DNA of 11,322 nt from Oligoflexus sp. GTDB lineage: Bacteria; Bdellovibrionota_B; Oligoflexia; Oligoflexales; Oligoflexaceae. A program made the translations under genes and the position numbers. This document shows, piece by piece, positions 5,865-11,322 of this stretch (the first letter of the stretch is position 1; each line of letters opens with the position of its first letter). Under the pieces are notes generated by a model. It worked only from the letters and a program-made list of their open reading frames with translations, was not told the origin of the DNA and made no database searches. The stretch is from assembly GCA_041736305.1 (NCBI GenBank), contig JBGSTX010000117.1, positions 1-11,322 of the forward strand, read 5' to 3'.

Positions 5865-8800
5865 TCAACGGCTTCTCTCCTCAGGTTTTTGCAGCCAGAA
5901 TTCAGGGTCCACGTAGGTGTGGAGGAAATCGTCGATGAGTAAGGGTCTTTCCTGGCCGTCCAGTTTAACGAGATAGCCGCCGTGCTCCTGCTGCTTCCCT
6001 ACAGTGAGCTTAAAATTAAACTGGCCTGTGAAGGCTAGACTGCGTCCCTGATCGAAGCCATAGGAATCAGTTGGACCTTGGGCTGTCGTCAGACGTCGGA
6101 CGATCTTGGCCTCAGCCATATCGTAGAGGAGGCGACTGAGGCGGTCGGCGTTGATCGCCTGCATCCCCGCTTCTTGCATCCGCCAGATGCCTTCTGGGCC
6201 TTTCACGAGAGTCGCTTGCTTGCCGTTCTCACTGACGATAACCCGCTCAATGCCGGCTAGGTCTTCCATATCGAAAAGCGTATCGAAGACTGGTGCAGCT
6301 TTTAGGCTGCTTTTCTGCCCAGCGAATAGCACGCCAGCGAGGACAATCGCTGTTAGAGGCACGTAAAGAACGCTGAGTTTAAGCTGCGGCAATTTCCTGA
6401 AGCGCCAGAGAGAAAATCCTAGCGCTCCTAAGAGGACGAGGGCGATAGGCGTGACTATATTGGCGGCAATGAGTCCATGAAACAAACGCTCACTATCCTC
6501 TCGCAAATTGAGTCTCACGCTTCGAAAGCGTTGGTCCATAAGTCTTTGCTTTTGACGCAGATCTTTGATCATTTTCAAGTCGTCCGAACGGAGAGGGAGA
6601 GTATTGCTCGCCTGATCTCGCGCATAGAAAGTACTCAACTGCTGCTGAGCTGCCTTGATCGATTCCTGAACTTTTTTCTCCTCACCGCGCCAACGCTCTT
6701 CAGCTTCTGCTTGAATCGTCCGTAAGAGAGTGAAGGGGCGAGCAATAACTCCAGAGGTTCTAACGCCCGCGAGACTAGCGCTGCCAGCCAGGTATTCGAG
6801 CGCATTGATGACGAAGTTCAGATTGTCGTTGCGAGGGGTGTTCAGCGTTTTACCGCCTATACTCTGCGAACGCGTTGCATGTCTGTCGTCCATGAAGTCG
6901 ACGTCGCCGATGACGATGATCTCGCTCTTCGCACTTTTGCCAGCTTCAAAAAGGCTCTCGAAAGAACCTTGATAGACAGCGGCGACGACTTGCTTTTCCA
7001 ATGTGACTCGAAATGAAGCAACGATTGCCTGGGGACTCTGGAAGGCTAAGACGAAATTGTCGAGAGCGCCAGAGCTAGAGCCGGTTTGAAGCAAAGCTTC
7101 CATTTTGACGTTTTTACCGCTTTCTAAGGAGAGGGATCCACCTTCCGCGATAAATACTTCTCTCAGGTTCTTCAGGAAAGGGGCCTTACTGAAGTCCTGG
7201 CTACCCAGTTTCATGAAGAGAGGGTGCGGTATCGACTGCCCCAAGATATTGATGTTGGCGGCACGGCTAGCGTCTCCGATTACTTTAGTGGCATCGAATT
7301 TGATGCCCCAGTGACTGAAGAGCTGATCAAATTGGCTTGAAAAGCTGGGCATTTCGCCCCCGGGATCCAGCTGGGGTCGCCCATGTTTCTGAATGAGTTC
7401 TATTCTTGAAAAAGGATCCAGAGCCAGCATGATGCGACCACCACGCATGAGAAAACTATCGATGGAACGGCGCGCATCCTTATCGATTTCCTTGGGATGG
7501 AAGATGAAGAGCACATCCAGATCCGCAGGCAGCTCTGCAGGCAGGGTATTCCAAGTATCGACCTCGAAGGTGCCGCTGAGAGCTTCGAGCAGAGACCAAG
7601 CCTGGATCGAACCATCGGCCTGGGTTTGCCGCATTTTCATGCTCGTAAAGATAGCGAGATGCTGTTTTTTACGTACGTTTAATGCCATCAGAGCTTTGGC
7701 TATCTCGTACTCCAAGAGGTCCTCGCGGTTTGGATCGAGAAAAGGGATCGCAGCTTTGTCAGCTCCGCTCTGCATCGCAATGCCGAAATAGAGACTGCCC
7801 TGGGGGCCAGCGAGGCCTTGGAGGCCAGCCGCTAAAGCCTCATCTTCTGCACCCGAGTCCGGCTTCGGATCTATTTTCTGCACTGTAATCTGCCCGGGAG
7901 CTGCCTGAGCATACTGCTCTAGGACGCTCTTCACCCGGTAGGAATACTGCTTCATGAAGGGCGATGCTTGCGGCAGGCTGTCGGAAAAGAAGAGTTTGAT
8001 CTCTGTAGGACGATCGATGGCTTGGGCGAGGGCGAGGCTATCTTTGGATATGGAATAGGCTTGGTTGGCGCTGAGGTCGACGCGAAAGTTCACGAAAGCA
8101 TTGGCCAACAGCAGGCCTAGAAGCAGCAAAGCCACCGGGAGATGGCGCGAGCCTGATTTCACCAGCTGGGTGCCTAAGTTTGCGTTGCGCCCGTAGCTCG
8201 AGAGGAAGAGGTCGCAGAGCAGGAGAGCCAGACTGCCAATTAAGATAAAATAAATCACATCCTGCAGCGGGACGACCCCACGTCCGAGAGCTTCGTAATG
8301 AGTGATAACGCCGAGGTAGGCGATGGCATCGACGAGTACGAGAGGCAGGAATTCCCGCAAAAAATCGGAGAAAACACCCCAACCGACGACGAGGAGACCG
8401 AGACTGGCAAACACTGCCAGGACAAAGCTCACGACCTGTATCCGACTCAGCACCGATGAGAGATTAGCGACAGCCAGGAGACTGCCAGCCATCAGAAATC
8501 CGCCGAGGTAGCCGGAGACGATTGCACCCCAATCGGGCTGGCCGAGGTAGGCCACGGTCAGAGGCAGAGGAAAGCTCAGGGCCAGAGCAAATGCTACCAC
8601 CGTCCAGGCCGCAAAAAACTTCGCCAACAGTACACTGCGGGCATCGAGCGGCAGCGTTAGCGTAAGTTCAAGGGTCTTGCTGCTCTTTTCCTCAGCCCAG
8701 GAACGCATCCCTATCCCCGGCACGAGAACCAAAAGGAGCCAGGGCAGAGCCCCGAAGAAAGGCTGGAGGTCAGCCTGATCCGTATCGAGGAGCCCATTGA

Positions 8801-8909
8801 GGAAAAAGCTACTGATCATGACTGCCAAATTGAAAGCAGCGATGAAAACATAGGCAATTGGAGTGCGAAAGTAGCTGAGAAGTTCCCGTTTATAAACCGG
8901 CCAGTTCAA
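5865..8909 (-). CDS. Fusion of ABC-2 permease (GldF-like), GldG-family auxiliary component and DUF4340-like domain
   Basis: 1014 aa, TTG start with GAGGTG RBS. N-terminal ~240 aa multi-TM permease (KRELLSYFRTPIAYVF, MRSWAEEK...LELTLTLP, YLGQPDWG). GldG part (RVDLS...YSIS, IPFLDPNREDLLEYEI, FHPKEI, FLMRGGR, VIGDVDF, NDNLNFVINALEYL, coiled coil, TM). Then a second TM and a DUF4340-like tail (LVKGPEGIWRM, LSRLLYDM, YGFDQ, LTVGK). Confidence 0.88.
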   Translation of the reverse strand: MNWPVYKRELLSYFRTPIAYVFIAAFNLAVMISSFFLNGLLDTDQADLQPFFGALPWLLLVLVPGIGMRSWAEEKSSKTLELTLTLPLDARSVLLAKFFAAWTVVAFALALSFPLPLTVAYLGQPDWGAIVSGYLGGFLMAGSLLAVANLSSVLSRIQVVSFVLAVFASLGLLVVGWGVFSDFLREFLPLVLVDAIAYLGVITHYEALGRGVVPLQDVIYFILIGSLALLLCDLFLSSYGRNANLGTQLVKSGSRHLPVALLLLGLLLANAFVNFRVDLSANQAYSISKDSLALAQAIDRPTEIKLFFSDSLPQASPFMKQYSYRVKSVLEQYAQAAPGQITVQKIDPKPDSGAEDEALAAGLQGLAGPQGSLYFGIAMQSGADKAAIPFLDPNREDLLEYEIAKALMALNVRKKQHLAIFTSMKMRQTQADGSIQAWSLLEALSGTFEVDTWNTLPAELPADLDVLFIFHPKEIDKDARRSIDSFLMRGGRIMLALDPFSRIELIQKHGRPQLDPGGEMPSFSSQFDQLFSHWGIKFDATKVIGDASRAANINILGQSIPHPLFMKLGSQDFSKAPFLKNLREVFIAEGGSLSLESGKNVKMEALLQTGSSSGALDNFVLAFQSPQAIVASFRVTLEKQVVAAVYQGSFESLFEAGKSAKSEIIVIGDVDFMDDRHATRSQSIGGKTLNTPRNDNLNFVINALEYLAGSASLAGVRTSGVIARPFTLLRTIQAEAEERWRGEEKKVQESIKAAQQQLSTFYARDQASNTLPLRSDDLKMIKDLRQKQRLMDQRFRSVRLNLREDSERLFHGLIAANIVTPIALVLLGALGFSLWRFRKLPQLKLSVLYVPLTAIVLAGVLFAGQKSSLKAAPVFDTLFDMEDLAGIERVIVSENGKQATLVKGPEGIWRMQEAGMQAINADRLSRLLYDMAEAKIVRRLTTAQGPTDSYGFDQGRSLAFTGQFNFKLTVGKQQEHGGYLVKLDGQERPLLIDDFLHTYVDPEFWLQKPEERSR

Positions 8910-8930
8910 AAAGCACCTCTTTGCATAAAC

Positions 8931-10781
8931 CTAAGAACGATAGCGACGCCGATAGATCAGAATACCCCCTAGGCTTATCAAGCAGGGTAGCGCCAAGAGA
9001 TTGAGGGCTTTAAGGCGAAAGCCAAGCGCCTCGACGTCTTCGCGCAGCTTCCTACGAATCTCGCGCCGCTGAGCTCTGAGCTTGAGCTCTTCGGCGCGGA
9101 CAGCCTGAATTTGCGTCTCGAGAGCCGCAGGGTTTTGCTGGTCTGAGCCCTTGAGTTGGGACTGCAAGAGGCCGATCTCTTGCCCCAGTGCGCTCAGGCG
9201 TTGGCTGAGAGATTCTTCCTGCCCCTTCCAAAGCTGCAGGGCTTTTTCCTGCATTTCTTTGAGCCGGATGAAAGGTCTTTGGACGCGCCCGCTCGAGCGG
9301 AGTGAAATGAGCTCGTTGGAACCTGATAGAAGAGCCAGAGCATTGACCAGAAACGTGATGTTATCGTTGCGTGGTTTCTGGACCCACTGCTCACCCATTT
9401 TAAGCGCCTCGATAGCATTGGCCTCGTATAGAAAGTCGCTATCGCCGATGAGAAGTACCGTGGCCTCTGACGCGGAGCGAACCGCTGCTGCATCGTTGGA
9501 GCTGGCTCCCTCCGGTGGACTCTTGAAGGCTGAAGTGAATTTTCCCCGCAGCATGCCGGCCAGCTGCTTGACCCCGCGTTCACCGCTGATTTTGGGTGCT
9601 ATAGCCTCGGGCTCAAAGAGACTGTTATAGATATGAGGGACCAGGCCCGCCTTGTCAGAAGTTTGAATGAGGGATTCGTAGCGAAGCTGCGGATCAAGCT
9701 TAGAGACATCGAAAGACCCTGCCTCGACCAAGAGCAACTGCTTGAGGCTTGTGGTGATGACAGCTTCTCGAGAAAGGTGACTTTGGTCGAGGCTCAGATA
9801 GAGTGGATTATCAAAAATCTGCCCGTTTTTTTCGACCTTTGTGGAATACTGCAGGTCTGCCACGATCTCGTTTTCAATAAACTTGACACCCCAGTGGTTG
9901 AGCAGGCTAGAGAGCTGGCTTGAACTTGGACTAATCTCGAAACCCGGCTTTTGATCGGCCAACGACTGCTGGTCGAGGGCAAAGCGAGAAAACGAATCGA
10001 GGATGAGGACTAAGCGGCCGCCGCGCATGAGAAACTGATCAATTGCATAGGCGGACTTAGCTTCCAGTTCTTTCGGGTGCATGACGATGAGAACTTTGAC
10101 GTCGGGAGCAATAAGTTCGGGCGGAGTCGGATAGACTTCGACTTCATAAAAATCTTTGAGCCGTCCAAGAAAAATCCAGTCGAGGCTCCGCCCCGCATTG
10201 TCGCGCGGCTGGCTACCATTGACGCCTATCGGCAGCGAGGAATAGATGGCGAGCTTGTTGCTCTGCTTTCTCTGTAGTTTGGCCAACGCTTCGGTGACTT
10301 CGAATTCGAGAAGATCTTCTTTACGCGGATCGAAAAAGGGTATCGCAATTTCACGGTCGCCAGCGATAAGTACAGCGCCGAGATAGGCCGACTCGCCTCC
10401 AGGGCCCGGAAGACTACGGACTCCGTACTTGCGCGCCCAGACCTCGTCATCAGAGTCGGGTCGTGGATCAATCAATTCAAAGCGCAGCGCCCCTCGCGTG
10501 TGAGAGGCATATTCACGGAGAAATTCTTCGACTCGACGGCCATGCGACTGCAATACAGGATGTAGCCCGGCTAAACTCTGCGAGAGGTAGAGTTTGACTT
10601 CAACGGGAGTCGTGAGCGACTGGATGATCTGCATGCTGCCTGGTGATAGGCTGTAAAGCTTTTCGTCGGTCAGATCAAAGCGCAGGAAATAGGGGAGTGC
10701 TGGGACGAGTCCGAGCAGCAGTACCCCACAGGTACAGATGAACACAGAAGCGAGACGAGACGGGACTAGGTTCAGACGCAC
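8931..10781 (-). CDS. gldG: GldG-family ABC transporter auxiliary component (ABC_transp_aux / GIFT domain)
   Basis: 616 aa, GTG start with AGGAG RBS. N-terminal TM then RFDLTDEKLYSLS, IDPRPDSDDE, MHPKEL, AIDQFLMRGGRL, LIGDSDFL, NDNITFLVNAL, LISLRS, C-terminal coiled coil, TM and basic tail. The symbol denotes homology, not a demonstrated gliding function. Confidence 0.9.
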   Translation of the reverse strand: MRLNLVPSRLASVFICTCGVLLLGLVPALPYFLRFDLTDEKLYSLSPGSMQIIQSLTTPVEVKLYLSQSLAGLHPVLQSHGRRVEEFLREYASHTRGALRFELIDPRPDSDDEVWARKYGVRSLPGPGGESAYLGAVLIAGDREIAIPFFDPRKEDLLEFEVTEALAKLQRKQSNKLAIYSSLPIGVNGSQPRDNAGRSLDWIFLGRLKDFYEVEVYPTPPELIAPDVKVLIVMHPKELEAKSAYAIDQFLMRGGRLVLILDSFSRFALDQQSLADQKPGFEISPSSSQLSSLLNHWGVKFIENEIVADLQYSTKVEKNGQIFDNPLYLSLDQSHLSREAVITTSLKQLLLVEAGSFDVSKLDPQLRYESLIQTSDKAGLVPHIYNSLFEPEAIAPKISGERGVKQLAGMLRGKFTSAFKSPPEGASSNDAAAVRSASEATVLLIGDSDFLYEANAIEALKMGEQWVQKPRNDNITFLVNALALLSGSNELISLRSSGRVQRPFIRLKEMQEKALQLWKGQEESLSQRLSALGQEIGLLQSQLKGSDQQNPAALETQIQAVRAEELKLRAQRREIRRKLREDVEALGFRLKALNLLALPCLISLGGILIYRRRYRS

Positions 10782-10791
10782 GAGCTTCTCC

Positions 10792-11322
10792 TTAGTCGGC
10801 TTTCTTCTTGGCGAGAATCTCAGCCGTCAGCACGAGGTTGAGTCCCATCATGAGCAAGAAATAAATGAGATCCCGGCTGTCTATCACGCCCTGACTCATC
10901 GTTTGAAAATGCGGCATGACTCCAAAGGTCGCGAGGGTATCGACCAGCTTGGCAGGAAACGCGGCCGATAGGATATCTGTAAAGGTCCCCCAGCCGAGGA
11001 GCAGCATGATGAAGCAGAGAAAGAGTCCTAGGAGAAAGGCGCTGACCTGGCTTTTGACTAAAGCTGAAGCGAGACAGCTGAGACTGAGGAAAACACCCGC
11101 CGTCAAGATAGCTCCGAGATAGCTGGCAAGCAGCACCCCCCAATCAGGGTCTCCGAGATAGACGATGGTGAGTGGCAAAGGAAAGGTCAGGAGTAGGCCG
11201 AAGCCCACAAAGAGCCAAGCTGCAAAAAATTTCCCAAGGATCGCGTCGCTGAGCGTCAGGGGTAGGGTGAAGAGGAGTTCGATAGTACCTGTTTGTCGCT
11301 CCTCGGCCCAGAGGCGCATCGC
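10792..11322 (-). CDS. gldF: ABC-2 type permease, GldF-like (5' end lies beyond the window)
   Basis: Frame is open to the right edge. MRLWAEERQTGTIELLFTLP, LGKFFAAW, YLGDPDWG, GVIDSRDLIYF. The paralog at 8909 has ~65 aa before this motif, so ATG 11319 is internal. Confidence 0.9.
   Translation of the reverse strand, partial: AMRLWAEERQTGTIELLFTLPLTLSDAILGKFFAAWLFVGFGLLLTFPLPLTIVYLGDPDWGVLLASYLGAILTAGVFLSLSCLASALVKSQVSAFLLGLFLCFIMLLLGWGTFTDILSAAFPAKLVDTLATFGVMPHFQTMSQGVIDSRDLIYFLLMMGLNLVLTAEILAKKKAD

Noticed and set aside
5790..5867. c-di-GMP-I (GEMM) riboswitch, suggested by GTAAAGCCTTCG
   Set aside because: Lacks the GNRA tetraloop/receptor arrangement and the other conserved GEMM elements; reported only as an unclassified structure.
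5484..11143. Numerous short overlapping ORFs in the lipoprotein and GldFG genes
   Set aside because: Alternative-frame or antisense shadows of long supported genes.
1..11322. CRISPR array, tRNA/rRNA, IS, prophage or defence system; genome-wide TAG reassignment
   Set aside because: No repeat-spacer periodicity, RNA gene signatures, or transposase/integrase/nuclease motifs seen. TAG ends the kinase and GldG at natural C-termini, and the long conserved genes contain no internal TAG.

Overview
Bacterial chromosomal window with no RNA genes, CRISPR array or mobile element that I can support. The gene content (orphan lipoproteins, an NtrB-type PAS kinase, GldF/GldG homologues, sigma-28-like promoters) is compatible with Bdellovibrionota/Oligoflexia, but that is inference only. 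Left (minus strand): three exported orphan proteins. One runs off the left edge and is missing from the ORF track (455..<1), one is a small 4-Cys DUF4189-like protein, and one is a lipoprotein gene (2025..985) interrupted by a single in-frame TAG. Middle (plus strand): a membrane-anchored NitT/TauT (SsuA/THI5-like) substrate-binding protein with no cognate permease or ATPase, followed directly by a TM-sensor-TM-HAMP-PAS-HisKA-HATPase kinase with no response regulator in the window. Right (minus strand): a GldF/GldG-type ABC-2 operon in which the module is duplicated: a stand-alone permease (partial), a stand-alone GldG, then a 1014-aa permease-GldG-DUF4340-like fusion, followed by an internally duplicated lipoprotein. 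The strongest leads are the in-frame amber codon, the duplicated/fused GldFG system, the SBP-kinase pair and the sigma-28-like promoters.
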